The translations under genes were made by a program, and so were the position numbers. From assembly GCA_965217585.1 (NCBI GenBank), contig OZ244561.1, forward strand, positions 3,104,001 to 3,168,000: 64,000 bases of DNA, given 5' to 3'. A model generated the notes under the pieces. That model saw only the letters and a list, made by a program, of their open reading frames with translations, did not search any database and was not told the DNA's origin. This document shows positions 11,372 through 21,107 of this stretch, piece by piece. The stretch comes from Candidatus Latescibacterota bacterium. GTDB taxonomy: Bacteria > Latescibacterota > UBA2968 > UBA8231. The number at the start of each line of letters is the position of its first letter. Position 1 is the first letter of the stretch.

Positions 11372-12553
11372 ATGACCACGCTTTACTGCGCCATCCTAGT
11401 CGCTGGCTTCATGGCCACTGCTAGCCTCGCCGACATTGACTCCCAGCGCATGCAGCGCGACATCCGCATCATGGAGGGGGTACTCTCTAACGAAAACCTG
11501 TATTACGACGTGCCTGATGGTGCTAACTTCCGTGCCCGTGGCCTGTACCTCGACGGCTATGGGGTGCTCTTTGTGGCGGCTGGGCCGGCACCTGGGGCGG
11601 AGAGATGGGACAAATCGCTATCGCAGGGGGAATTGCTGGCTGCAATCCACGACCTGCTCGCCGAGTTTCTGGGCAACTATGCCGGCACCATTGGCCAACT
11701 TGACAAAGACGACCGGATAACGGTCCGCTACCTGCCTAAATGGCCCCTACATGCCTCCTTCGCAGATACCGTGTTCTTCGACCTTACCAAGCAAATTGAA
11801 GCGATTCCTGAACTCAGGGAGAGACGCTTCGATTTTAAGGAGTTAGTCGTGGCGTTTCCTGTTGCTGACTCTTTAACGCTTTATTCAGCCATTGACGACG
11901 AGCAAATCGCAACGATAGCCGAAGCGCGGGAGTTCCTACGGGAGGACCTAGAAAGGCTGGTAGCGGAGGGCAAAATCGACAAGTCGCTAGCGGAGGCAAT
12001 CGGAGAAGCAGACTCCCCAGTCAAGGTTCACGTCCGCGGCTATACTTCATCCCCCGCTGCAATCGCGGCCACCGTCGAAAAATCCGCCATTGACGCCTTT
12101 CGCGAGGGGCGTATCGACTCGGCCACCTTTCGCCAGCGCATCGCTTTTTCCGAGTATAAGGACTCGAGAAAGATGAAGAAAGTCGACGTCATGGCTGGCA
12201 TCCTCGCCCAAGTCTTGGGTAGGTACGACTCGCATCCTTGGTTACGCACCCAACGCACTTTGGGGATGTATCAGCCGGACGTAGGTGCCCTATTTTTTAT
12301 TAGTGACCCGATGCGCGTTTCCAACCCTTTGCCCCGCGCTTCCGCCAAAGCCAGAACCGTCGAAGCCGTCGCCGACTACGGCGCGACCCTCCACCAAGTC
12401 CAGTCCGATGAGCACGTCATCGTCGAATATCGCTCCCCGTTCTCCGCCCGCAGCGCACTGCTCAAAGTGCCTAAGTCCGCCATTGACGCCTACGCTCGCG
12501 GCGACTTGGACCTCGATGCCTTTCGCAAAAAGGCGGTGTGGGAAACGCAGTAG
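11372..12553 (+). CDS. Hypothetical exported protein with a two-fold internal repeat
   Basis: Signal peptide; AGGAG RBS; two similar halves (…RGLYLDGYGVLF…NYAGTIGQL…KSAIDAFREG and …LGMYQPDVGALF…DYGATLHQV…KSAIDAYARG). Confidence 0.8.
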   Translation: MTTLYCAILVAGFMATASLADIDSQRMQRDIRIMEGVLSNENLYYDVPDGANFRARGLYLDGYGVLFVAAGPAPGAERWDKSLSQGELLAAIHDLLAEFLGNYAGTIGQLDKDDRITVRYLPKWPLHASFADTVFFDLTKQIEAIPELRERRFDFKELVVAFPVADSLTLYSAIDDEQIATIAEAREFLREDLERLVAEGKIDKSLAEAIGEADSPVKVHVRGYTSSPAAIAATVEKSAIDAFREGRIDSATFRQRIAFSEYKDSRKMKKVDVMAGILAQVLGRYDSHPWLRTQRTLGMYQPDVGALFFISDPMRVSNPLPRASAKARTVEAVADYGATLHQVQSDEHVIVEYRSPFSARSALLKVPKSAIDAYARGDLDLDAFRKKAVWETQ

Positions 12554-12653
12554 AGATCTTGGTCGTGGGCGTTTCTCTCGCAATGGGGAACTATAGCGAC
12601 AGATCCCACGGATGTCTTTGGCATGGCGGTGGACAATCGCTATATTCGCCGCC

Positions 12654-13652
12654 ATGCCTACCTCAACTGAAGCAGTTCTGCCCGACAAGGACACCTGTCT
12701 GGCGCTCTATCGCCAGATGCTGGTCATCCGACGCTGCGAAGAGCAGCTTGCCCGATCTTATCAAGCCGGTCTGATCCCCGGTGCCTGCCACACGTACGTC
12801 GGCGAGGAAGCCATCGCCACCGGCGTTTGCGCCCACCTCAACGACGACGACGCAGTCTTTAGCACCCATCGCGGCCACGGCCATGCCCTCGCCAAAGGCG
12901 TCCCCCCCAAGGAGCTGATCGCCGAACTTTTCGGCAAAGCCACTGGTTGCTCGCAGGGGCGCGGCGGCTCCATGCACCTATTCTCGCCGCAAGTGGGAAT
13001 GATGGGCACCAGCGGCATCGTCGGTCCCTGCATCCTCCAAGCCGCCGGTGCTGGCTACTCCTTTAAGCTTTTGGGCGTCCCCAAGGTCGGCGTGGCCTTC
13101 TTTGGCGACGGGGCGGTAGCCAACGGAGCCTTCCACGAGGGCATCAATCTAGCGACCAACTGGCAGTTGCCAGCGCTCTTCGTCTGCGAAAACAACCTCT
13201 ACGCCACGGAAGTGGCCTTTGTCGATACCACCCGCAATCCGCAGGTGGCCAACCGCGCCGAAGCCTACGGACTGCCCGGCATTGCCATTGACGGCAACGA
13301 TATAGCTGCGGTGTACGCGGCGGCCGACGAAGCGATAACGCGCGCCCGCCAAGGCGGCGGCCCGACCCTCCTTGAGTGCAAGACCTACCGCACCCGGCCA
13401 CACGCCGAGGGAATGCGCGACGGGGGCTATCGCTCCACCGAAGAAATCGACGAGTGGAAAGAGCGCGACCCCATCCCGGCCTTCGCCCAGAGGCTACTAG
13501 CCGCAGGCCACGCCCGCCAAGAAGAACTCGACGCGATCACAGCGGACGTCACCGCGCTGATCGCCGAGGCCCTGCAATTTGCCCACGACAGCCCGTGGCC
13601 CGACCCAGCCACCGTGGCCGACCACGTCTTTAGCCAAAGGGGCAGCGCGTAA
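12654..13652 (+). CDS. TPP-dependent 2-oxoacid/acetoin dehydrogenase E1 alpha subunit
   Basis: STHRGHGH, GRGGSMH, GDGA...N TPP motif, CENNLYA, KTYR..H; start placed at ATG 12654 behind TTGGCA-17-TATATT. Confidence 0.93.
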   Translation: MPTSTEAVLPDKDTCLALYRQMLVIRRCEEQLARSYQAGLIPGACHTYVGEEAIATGVCAHLNDDDAVFSTHRGHGHALAKGVPPKELIAELFGKATGCSQGRGGSMHLFSPQVGMMGTSGIVGPCILQAAGAGYSFKLLGVPKVGVAFFGDGAVANGAFHEGINLATNWQLPALFVCENNLYATEVAFVDTTRNPQVANRAEAYGLPGIAIDGNDIAAVYAAADEAITRARQGGGPTLLECKTYRTRPHAEGMRDGGYRSTEEIDEWKERDPIPAFAQRLLAAGHARQEELDAITADVTALIAEALQFAHDSPWPDPATVADHVFSQRGSA

Positions 13653-14629
13653 TGCCCGAACTCACGTATGTAGAAGCGGCGCGCCAAGCCCTAGCCGAGG
13701 AGATGGCGCGCGACGGGACCATTTTCGTCGTCGGCGAGGGCGTTGGCCCGCGCGGCGGCAACTTCAATACCACCACCGGCCTCTTCGACCTGTACGGCCC
13801 GGAGCGCCTGCGCGACACCCCGATATGCGAGCGCGGCTTCGTCGGCTTGTGCGCTGGCGCGGCCATGACCGGTACGCGGCCCGTGGTGGATTTCATGTTC
13901 TTGGACTTCATCCTCGATGCGTTCGGCGAACTGATCAACCAGGTCGCCAAGATGCAGTACATGAGCAGTGGTCGTCTGAAAATGCCCATCGTCCTGCGCG
14001 GCTGCATTGGCGTTGGTGGCGCGGCCGCCACGCATCACTCGGGCAATTATTATCCGATCTTTACGCATCTGCCCGGCTTTAAGGTCGCGGTGCCGTCCAA
14101 CCCGTACGATGCCAAGGGCTTGCTCAAGACGGCCCTGCGCGGCGACGACCCAGTGCTCTTCCTCGAACACAAGTCCTTGCTCAACAGTCGCGGCGAAGTG
14201 CCAGAAGAGGAGTACTGCATCCCCTTTGGCCAAGCGACCGTGTGCCGCCGCGGCGAGCACCTGACTGTCGTGGCTTTGACGACCATGGTGCCCGAGACGC
14301 TCCAAGTCGCCGAGGCTCTATCCGGCGAGGGCATCTCGGTCGAAGTTATCGATCCCCGCACTACGTCTCCCCTCGACATCGAGACTGTGCTCGAATCCGT
14401 ACACCGGACGGGCCGCCTGCTGATCGTCGATGAGACCTTTGCCCCCTGCGGCATGGGCGCAGAAATCGCCGCCGCAGTGGTTGACCGGGCCTTCGACGAC
14501 CTCGACGCGCCGGTGCGCCGCCTCAACGGCGTGCATGTGCCCACGCCGTACAGCGCGCCCTTAGAGGCCGCGGTCGCGCCCAATGGGAAGGACGTAGAAC
14601 GGGCCATCCGCGACTTGATGGCTGAGTAG
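13652..14629 (+). CDS. 2-oxoacid/acetoin dehydrogenase E1 beta subunit
   Basis: DTPICE.GF.G, RPVVDFMF.DF, DAKGLLKTA, DPVLFLEHK, LDAPVRR; TAATG coupling. Confidence 0.94.
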   Translation: MPELTYVEAARQALAEEMARDGTIFVVGEGVGPRGGNFNTTTGLFDLYGPERLRDTPICERGFVGLCAGAAMTGTRPVVDFMFLDFILDAFGELINQVAKMQYMSSGRLKMPIVLRGCIGVGGAAATHHSGNYYPIFTHLPGFKVAVPSNPYDAKGLLKTALRGDDPVLFLEHKSLLNSRGEVPEEEYCIPFGQATVCRRGEHLTVVALTTMVPETLQVAEALSGEGISVEVIDPRTTSPLDIETVLESVHRTGRLLIVDETFAPCGMGAEIAAAVVDRAFDDLDAPVRRLNGVHVPTPYSAPLEAAVAPNGKDVERAIRDLMAE

Positions 14630-14639
14630 GAGCAAGCGC

Positions 14640-15719
14640 ATGGCCGAGGCAATCGCGATGCCCCGCCTGGGGTGGACCATGGAGGAGGGCACCCTCGTCG
14701 AGTGGCTCAAAGCCGACGGCGACGCGGTCGAGGTGGGCGAAATCCTCTTTACGGTGGAAAGCGACAAGGCCCTCAACGAGATCGAGACCTTTTCCGGCGG
14801 CATCCTGCGCATCCCCCCGGACGCGCCCCAACCCGGCGATACCGTGCCGGTGGGCACCTTGCTGGGCTATCTGTTGCAGCCCGGCGAGGAAATGCCGACT
14901 GCGCCGGCTCCGACTCCCGCAGCAGAGCCGGTTCCAACTCCTGCGGATCCCGCGCCCGTAGTAAAGCCGGTTCCAACTCCTGCGGCCTCATCCGCAGGGC
15001 CCACCATCAGTCCTCGCGCCCGGCGCGTGGCCTCGGCGCTTGGGGTGGAATGGCGCGTGCTCACCGGCAGCGGGCGCACGGGCCGGATCGTCGAGCGCGA
15101 TGTCCGCGCGGCTGCCGCTCGCAGCGGCCAAACGGCCCCCGCGATCCTGACGACCGAAGCAGACGCCACCGAGCTGGTGACGTTGCGCCCGCTGCTCAAG
15201 GCGGAGGATGCGCCGGCACCTGCCTATCACCACCTGATTGCCAAGCTGGCGGTCGTCGCCTTAACCGAGCATCCTCAGTTGAATGCCACGGGGGCTGAGG
15301 CCGTCCATCTCAGCCTCGCCGTAGATACGGGCGAGGACTTGGCCGTTCCGGTTATCCGCGACGCGCATACCAAGAGCTGGGCCGAACTCGCGGTCGCGGC
15401 GCGCTCCCTAGCGCTGCAGGCGCGGCGGTGCACTTTGGAGCCGGAGGCCGTGCAGGGCGGCACCTTTGCCATCGCCAATCTCGGCATGTACGGCATCGAC
15501 GCCTTTACTCCCATCCTCCGTCCTCCCCACCGCGCCACATTGGGGCTGGGGCGCATTGCCGAGCGCCCGGCCGTGCGCGAGGGCCGCGTGGTGCCACGAG
15601 CGTTGATCGCTTTGAGCTTGACGGTTGAGAGCCGACTGCTCGAAAACGGCGCGGCGGCCCGCTTTCTCGACCGCCTGCGGTCCTTGATTGAGCAGCCTGA
15701 ATTGGGGCTGGAGGAATAG
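14640..15719 (+). CDS. Dihydrolipoamide acyltransferase E2-like protein (lipoyl + E3-binding + degenerate catalytic domain)
   Basis: MPRLGWTMEEG...VESDKA lipoyl Lys; SPRARR...GSGRTGRIVERDV; GGTFAIANLGMYGI; catalytic DHRxxDG replaced by ESRLLENG. Confidence 0.88.
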   Translation: MAEAIAMPRLGWTMEEGTLVEWLKADGDAVEVGEILFTVESDKALNEIETFSGGILRIPPDAPQPGDTVPVGTLLGYLLQPGEEMPTAPAPTPAAEPVPTPADPAPVVKPVPTPAASSAGPTISPRARRVASALGVEWRVLTGSGRTGRIVERDVRAAAARSGQTAPAILTTEADATELVTLRPLLKAEDAPAPAYHHLIAKLAVVALTEHPQLNATGAEAVHLSLAVDTGEDLAVPVIRDAHTKSWAELAVAARSLALQARRCTLEPEAVQGGTFAIANLGMYGIDAFTPILRPPHRATLGLGRIAERPAVREGRVVPRALIALSLTVESRLLENGAAARFLDRLRSLIEQPELGLEE

Positions 15720-15728
15720 GCGCGTCCC

Positions 15729-18128
15729 TCACTCCAGCATCGTCTGCACGACCATGCCCGCGCCGTCAATCCGCACTTGCACCGCGCCGGTATAGTCGGT
15801 GCGCAGCACCCGCGCCCCCTGCGCTACATAGCGCGCGACGACCTCGGGGGCTGGGTGCTTGAACTTGTTGCCCTCCCCCAGCGACATCACTGCCACCGCG
15901 GGCGCGACCGCTGCGATAAAAAGCGGCTGCGACGAGGTGCGCGAGCCGTGGTGAGCCACCTTGAGCAAGCGCGCCTGCAGCCGCGGTCCCCAAGCGAGGA
16001 TCGCCGGATCGGTCTCTTGCTCTACGTCGCCGGTAAAGAGCACCCGCACCGTTCCGTGCTGCAAGCTAAAGGCCACCGAGCCGTTATTGAGGCCAAAAGG
16101 GGCGCCGCCGTCTGCATCGACAAAGTCCGCAGTCGGATGCAGGACGAGTCCCGCGACCCCGCCCAATCCCGCCAAGCTGTCGCCCGCCGCGACCCGGTGG
16201 TAGCGTACCCCCCGCTCGGCGATGAGTTCCCGCAAACGCTGCGCCGTCCACGAGCCATAGACTTGTCCGCTGTCGAGAAAGTGGCCGACTTCCATTTGCT
16301 CCAACAGGGCTACTAACCCGCCGATGTGGTCGTTGTGTGGATGCGAGGCCACGACGATATCGACCCGCCGGACGCCCATGTAGCGCAAGAAAGGCAACAG
16401 CACCTGTTCGCCGTAGTCGAAGTATTCGCTACGCTCGCCGCCATCGACGACCATGGTTTTGCCGTCGGGGAAGCGCACAAAAGCCGCGTCGCCTTGGCCC
16501 ACGTCCAAGAAGACGATCTCCAAGTCGCGGGAGCGGAGCGCGTAGGTCCACACCGCGACATTGAGCCAGACGAGCGCCGTGAAAATGGCCGTCTTGCGCG
16601 CCCACGCTCGGTGGGGCAGGAGCGGGCCGAGCAGGCAGAGTGCGGCGGCCACTGCGACGAAGAGCACCCCCGGGCGCGGCACGGCCACAGACGCAAAGGG
16701 CAGCGAGGCCCACCACGAGACTAGCTCGATCAGCCCCACGAGGACCAAGTAATTGGCGGCGTTGAACGCAGTGGCGATCCAAGGCAAAATCCAACCCGTC
16801 AACGCGGCCAGCAAGCCCAAGCCTACGGCGACCGCCAAGAGTGGCACTACCACTATATTGGCCACCACGGCCCCGAGTGCTAGCTGCTGAAAGGAATAGG
16901 CGATCAAAGGCCCAGTGCCGAGCTGGGCCGCCAGCGAGGCGCACAGCGGGCTGACGACCCAGCGGCCGACCCGGCTGTCGGCGCGTTGATAGGCTGCGGG
17001 GAAAAGCGAGGCGAGCGGTCCGTGCAAGGCGACGATGGCCCACGTCGCGCCAAAGGAGAGCTGGAAGCTCAGGCTCCACGGACTCTCCGGCCATATCACC
17101 AAGATCGCTAGCGCCGCCAGCCCAAGGGTGTTGTAGATGTCGCCCTGCCGCCGGAGCACCCGCCCCAACAGCACCACCGTCCCCATCAGCACCGCCCGCA
17201 CCACCGGCACCTGCGCCCCGGTTGCGAGGGCATAGAGCGCCAGCGCGGCGATGGTGGCCGCGGAACTCGGCCGGTCGGCGAGCCGCAGGAGCCGGAACCC
17301 GAAGAAGAAAAACCCGCCCACCATTCCGACGTGGAGTCCGCTGACCACGAGCGCGTGCGCCAGCCCGGTGCCGCGAAACGCAGCGCGCACCTCTTCGGGA
17401 ATCCGCTGCTTCTCTCCTAAGAGTACGCCCAACAGTAGTCCGGCCGGCGCTCCTGAGAGGTTGCGCTCAATGCTCTGGCGCACGGCGCGTCTGAGGGGGA
17501 GCACCACGCCTTCGTACAACCAGTGCCCGGGCAAGCGCTCTACGGACCCGACCTGTTCGGGTTTGCCGACGAAGAGCGTGCCGTAGATGTCCTGCTCGGC
17601 CAAAAAGGCTCGGTAGTCGAAGCCGCCTAAATTGCGGACTGGTCGGGGCCGTTGCAGCTTCCCGCGCAGGGACACGCGGTCGCCGTAATCGGCGGGCAAG
17701 TACACGTCTTTTACCGTGACTAGCACCTGCCCGCTCAAGTGGTAAATGGCGCTGTCGGCGACCACCTGTTCCAGCTCTATGGCAAAGCGCACTCGCTCGT
17801 CGCCGCGCTCCGGTTCTTGGACGATGCGCCCGGTGACCACGCCGCGCTGGCCAAATACCTCGAGCGCGACTAAGTGCGGCAAAGGGGACAGGGCTGTGTC
17901 GATGTGGTAACGCAGCGCGCCTAACAGGACGACGACCACCCACAGCAACCAACCCGCCCAGCGCGCCTGGCGGTAGAAGCCTGCGGCCGCGCCGACAAGT
18001 GCCAACCCGCTCAGGGCCGCCGATGCAACCAAGCCCATCTCCACAGTCCGCCCCAAGAAAATGCCAATTCCGAATCCGAGGGCCGTCCACAGCGCGGGCC
18101 GTCGGCGCGTCTTTTTGCTCGCGGACAT
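15729..18128 (-). CDS. comEC: DNA internalization competence protein ComEC/Rec2
   Basis: DUF4131 region, GLAHALVVSGLHVG, SFQLSFGAT, C-terminal MBL domain LDVGQGDA, SHPHNDHIGG, LFTGD, KVAHHGS. Confidence 0.95.
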   Translation of the reverse strand: MSASKKTRRRPALWTALGFGIGIFLGRTVEMGLVASAALSGLALVGAAAGFYRQARWAGWLLWVVVVLLGALRYHIDTALSPLPHLVALEVFGQRGVVTGRIVQEPERGDERVRFAIELEQVVADSAIYHLSGQVLVTVKDVYLPADYGDRVSLRGKLQRPRPVRNLGGFDYRAFLAEQDIYGTLFVGKPEQVGSVERLPGHWLYEGVVLPLRRAVRQSIERNLSGAPAGLLLGVLLGEKQRIPEEVRAAFRGTGLAHALVVSGLHVGMVGGFFFFGFRLLRLADRPSSAATIAALALYALATGAQVPVVRAVLMGTVVLLGRVLRRQGDIYNTLGLAALAILVIWPESPWSLSFQLSFGATWAIVALHGPLASLFPAAYQRADSRVGRWVVSPLCASLAAQLGTGPLIAYSFQQLALGAVVANIVVVPLLAVAVGLGLLAALTGWILPWIATAFNAANYLVLVGLIELVSWWASLPFASVAVPRPGVLFVAVAAALCLLGPLLPHRAWARKTAIFTALVWLNVAVWTYALRSRDLEIVFLDVGQGDAAFVRFPDGKTMVVDGGERSEYFDYGEQVLLPFLRYMGVRRVDIVVASHPHNDHIGGLVALLEQMEVGHFLDSGQVYGSWTAQRLRELIAERGVRYHRVAAGDSLAGLGGVAGLVLHPTADFVDADGGAPFGLNNGSVAFSLQHGTVRVLFTGDVEQETDPAILAWGPRLQARLLKVAHHGSRTSSQPLFIAAVAPAVAVMSLGEGNKFKHPAPEVVARYVAQGARVLRTDYTGAVQVRIDGAGMVVQTMLE

Positions 18129-18241
18129 ACCAAGTCCAACCGCAAAAATCGTTCCAACTCGACAGGACGGCGGGCACGTCTATATTCAATACCTAGGCTA
18201 TCGCAATTTGCACTTCAGCCTTAGAAACGGAGGTTCAACCT

Positions 18242-18454
18242 ATGAAAAAGGCAATTGTCTCCCGCAATCCGGCGGTTATGAACGGCACCTTAGTTTTTGC
18301 CGGAACCCGCGTTCCCGTTGAAATTTTGATTCAGCATATTGTCGCTGGAGATTCGCTCGACAAATTCCTTGAAGACTTCCCCACTGTATCACGTGAGCAA
18401 GCCATCGCCTATCTAGAGATGACGCTGGAAGTAGCGGATGCGCGTGCTGCTTGA
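18242..18454 (+). CDS. DUF433 family antitoxin
   Basis: P.VMNG..VFAGTRVPV...FLEDFPTVSREQA pattern; GGAGG RBS. Confidence 0.9.
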   Translation: MKKAIVSRNPAVMNGTLVFAGTRVPVEILIQHIVAGDSLDKFLEDFPTVSREQAIAYLEMTLEVADARAA

Positions 18455-18761
18455 CGAGAATCTACCGTACAAACTGAGGCCACTTTTTGAGGCAGGGGTC
18501 GAAGTTATTACGGTTGGCTATCGGGGTTGGAAGGGAAGGGAGAATGGAGAATTGTTAAAGAGCGCGGAGAGCGAATTCGATGTCTTGGTCACAATGGACC
18601 AAGGCATTCCGCAGCAGCAAAACCTCAGCGAGATTAAGATGGGCATTGTGTTATTGGAAGCGACGGGCAATCGTTACGAAGATCTCGCGCCACTGATGGA
18701 TCAAGTCAATACCGCACTGAGAACAATCGAGAAAGGGCAAGTCATATCTGTCAGGGTTTAA
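18438..18761 (+). CDS. DUF5615 PIN-like toxin
   Basis: MRVLLDENLP, GW.G.ENGELL, FDVLVTMDQ; overlaps the DUF433 gene. Confidence 0.88.
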   Translation: MRVLLDENLPYKLRPLFEAGVEVITVGYRGWKGRENGELLKSAESEFDVLVTMDQGIPQQQNLSEIKMGIVLLEATGNRYEDLAPLMDQVNTALRTIEKGQVISVRV

Positions 18762-18790
18762 CAAGCCGCTACAGATAGAGCCGATAGATC

Positions 18791-19102
18791 ATGACAGACT
18801 CCACACCTATGCTCCGAGGCAAAGACCGCCGCTACTTGCGCGGCTTAGGCAACGCGCTGCGCCCGACTGTGTATTTGGGCAAAGAAGGGCTTTCCGCCGC
18901 CGTTATCCGCTCGCTCAACGAAGCCTACGCCAATAGCGAGTTGGTCAAGGTGCGCTGCGAGCGCAATAGCCCCCTCGACCGCCGCGAAGCCGGCGCACAG
19001 CTTGCCGCCGCTACTGAGGCACATCTTGTGCAGGTCTTAGGCAACACCCTGCTCCTCTATCGCCCCGACCCCGACGATCCCCGAATCGTGCTGCCCGAAT
19101 AG
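18791..19102 (+). CDS. yhbY: YhbY (CRM domain) RNA-binding protein
   Basis: RRYLRGLGNALRP.V.LGKEGL, ELVKV, VQVLGNTLLLYRP. Confidence 0.9.
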   Translation: MTDSTPMLRGKDRRYLRGLGNALRPTVYLGKEGLSAAVIRSLNEAYANSELVKVRCERNSPLDRREAGAQLAAATEAHLVQVLGNTLLLYRPDPDDPRIVLPE

Positions 19103-19171
19103 AGGCAACGCGGCGCTGACGGCAATCGGCGATCGGGTGATTTCCTACTGCTGCTAACGAGGACCACTATC

Positions 19172-20302
19172 GTGAAAATTCAGCAAATCCAGGCCTTCCC
19201 CCTGGCCTACCCCGAGCCCCACTACAAGGGCATCGAACGCTATATCACCCTCGTCCGCATCGAGGGCGAAGACGGCCAGGTCGGCTGGGGCGAGTGTATC
19301 TCGCAATTTCGCGAGGCGACCTTGGCGAGCAAGCTCATCGTCGAACAAGGCCTAGCGCCTCTCTTAATCGGCGCAAACGCCCTCGATGTCGAGCGCCACT
19401 GGCATGCAATGCGCGACCGCGTCTGGTGGTACGGTCCCGAAGGCATCGCCGCCTTCGCCATCAGCGCCATCGACATGGCGCTGTGGGACCTCGCCGGCAG
19501 AGCACTCGGACAACCCGTCTGTCGGCTGCTCGGCGGCCAGCTCCACGACAAGGTCGTGGCCATGGCCTCCTTTATCTTCGACATGGAAGACGTCGACTGG
19601 ACCCTCGACGAGTTTCGCTGGCTCAAAGCGCAAGGCTACGAGGTGGTCAAAGCGGGTTGGGGCATGCGGCCCGAAGCCGTCTTCGGGCTCGACCGCAATA
19701 AAGACATCGACATGGTCCGCCGGGTCCGCGAAGTCATCGGCGACGAACTCGAACTCATCGTCGACACCCCCGGTGCGCGCAATATTTGGGACCTCAATAC
19801 CGCGATCCAGCGCTTCCGCGACTTGGAACCCTACCGCCTGCGCTGGATCGAGCAGCCCCTGCTGCCCTCGGACCTCGACGCCCACGCCCGGCTGCGCGAC
19901 GCGACCTCGACGCCGATCGGCACTGGCGAGGACGAGTGGGACCTCGACAGCTATCGCCGCCTGATCCATTCGGGCGGCGTCGACGTGATCCAAATGGATC
20001 CGGGCCGCTGTCACGGCATCACCGGCTGCCGCCAGTATATCAAGCTGATCGAGGCCGAGAATCTACAGTGGAGCGCCCATACCTGGAGCAGCGCGCTCAA
20101 CACCGCCGCCAGCCTGCACCTGATGGCCAACTCGACTCACGGGGTCGCCCTCGACTTCAAACCGCACGAGTCCCCGATGCAACACGAACTCGTCGCCGAC
20201 CCCTGGGTACAAGAAGCGGGCTATCTCGCCGTCCGCGACAAACCCGGTCTCGGCGTCGAAGTCAACGAAGACATCGTCGAGAAATATCACTTTGAAGCCT
20301 AG
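19172..20302 (+). CDS. Mandelate racemase/muconate lactonizing enzyme family (probable sugar-acid dehydratase)
   Basis: G.VGWGE, AISAIDMALWDLAG, LIVD, WIEQP, GEDE, QMD, H in SAHTW, PGLGVEV. Confidence 0.9.
   Translation: MKIQQIQAFPLAYPEPHYKGIERYITLVRIEGEDGQVGWGECISQFREATLASKLIVEQGLAPLLIGANALDVERHWHAMRDRVWWYGPEGIAAFAISAIDMALWDLAGRALGQPVCRLLGGQLHDKVVAMASFIFDMEDVDWTLDEFRWLKAQGYEVVKAGWGMRPEAVFGLDRNKDIDMVRRVREVIGDELELIVDTPGARNIWDLNTAIQRFRDLEPYRLRWIEQPLLPSDLDAHARLRDATSTPIGTGEDEWDLDSYRRLIHSGGVDVIQMDPGRCHGITGCRQYIKLIEAENLQWSAHTWSSALNTAASLHLMANSTHGVALDFKPHESPMQHELVADPWVQEAGYLAVRDKPGLGVEVNEDIVEKYHFEA
20219..20262 (+). repeat. 44-bp direct repeat, copy 1 (inside the 3' end of the enolase-family gene)
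   Basis: ggctatctcgccgtccgcgacaaacccggtctcggcgtcgaagt; 42/44 identical to 22783-22826. Confidence 0.9.
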
Positions 20303-21092
20303 ACGCGCGCTGATCACCGGCGGGGCCAGCGGCTTCGGCCTGAGCACCGCCAAGGCCCTGCTCGCCCAGGGTGCCCAGGTCGCCATCGCCGATATCGACG
20401 GCGAAAAACTACGGGCGGCCGACGACGAATTGCACAGCGACCGCGTGCTGGCCCTAGTGCTCGATGTCACCTCGCCGACATCTGTCCAGCAGACCGTAGC
20501 CGCCTGCCAGACGCGCTTTGGGGGCTTGGACGCCCTCGTCAATTCCGCCGGTGTCATCCACTTCGGCTCCTTGGCAGAGACCACCGAGGCGGATTGGGAT
20601 CGGGTCATCGACATTGACCTCAAGGGTGTTTTCCTCTGCTGTCAGGCCGCCGCTCCGCTCCTGCGCCAAAGCGGTGAGCACGGCCGCATCGTCAATATCG
20701 GCTCGGACGTGTCCAAGATCGGCTGCGCGCTGATTGCCTCCTATTGCGCCGCCAAGTTCGGCGTCGTCGGCCTGAGTAAGGCGCTGGCCGGCGAACTAGC
20801 CCCCGCCGGCGTCACCGTCAACTGCGTCTGTCCGGTCGGCGTCTCGACCACCGGCATGGGCCAAGACGTGCTCGCCTACAAACGACAGGCGACCGGTGCG
20901 GCCAACCAAGCGATCCTCGCCGCGACGGCGGTGGACATCCCGCTTGGCCGCAACCCCACCGAGGACGATGTCGTCAACGCCATTCTGTTTTTCCTCGCCG
21001 AAGAATCGTCCTTTTTGACAGGAGTCGCGCTCGATGTCGATGGCGGTCTGCTCAGCACCTCGATCCTGCCCGGTGTTGCCGATGGCCAGTAA
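20292..21092 (+). CDS. SDR family NAD(P)-dependent oxidoreductase
   Basis: TGGASGFG, NSAG, YCAAK (YxxxK), VTVNCVCP, FLTG..L.VDGG. Confidence 0.93.
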   Translation: MKPRRALITGGASGFGLSTAKALLAQGAQVAIADIDGEKLRAADDELHSDRVLALVLDVTSPTSVQQTVAACQTRFGGLDALVNSAGVIHFGSLAETTEADWDRVIDIDLKGVFLCCQAAAPLLRQSGEHGRIVNIGSDVSKIGCALIASYCAAKFGVVGLSKALAGELAPAGVTVNCVCPVGVSTTGMGQDVLAYKRQATGAANQAILAATAVDIPLGRNPTEDDVVNAILFFLAEESSFLTGVALDVDGGLLSTSILPGVADGQ

Positions 21093-21107
21093 ACCAAATC
21101 CGAACGG

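Noticed and set aside
14926-14985. 21-bp direct repeat inside E2
   Set aside because: In-frame duplication (39-bp period) in the Pro/Ala linker, ordinary for E2 proteins.
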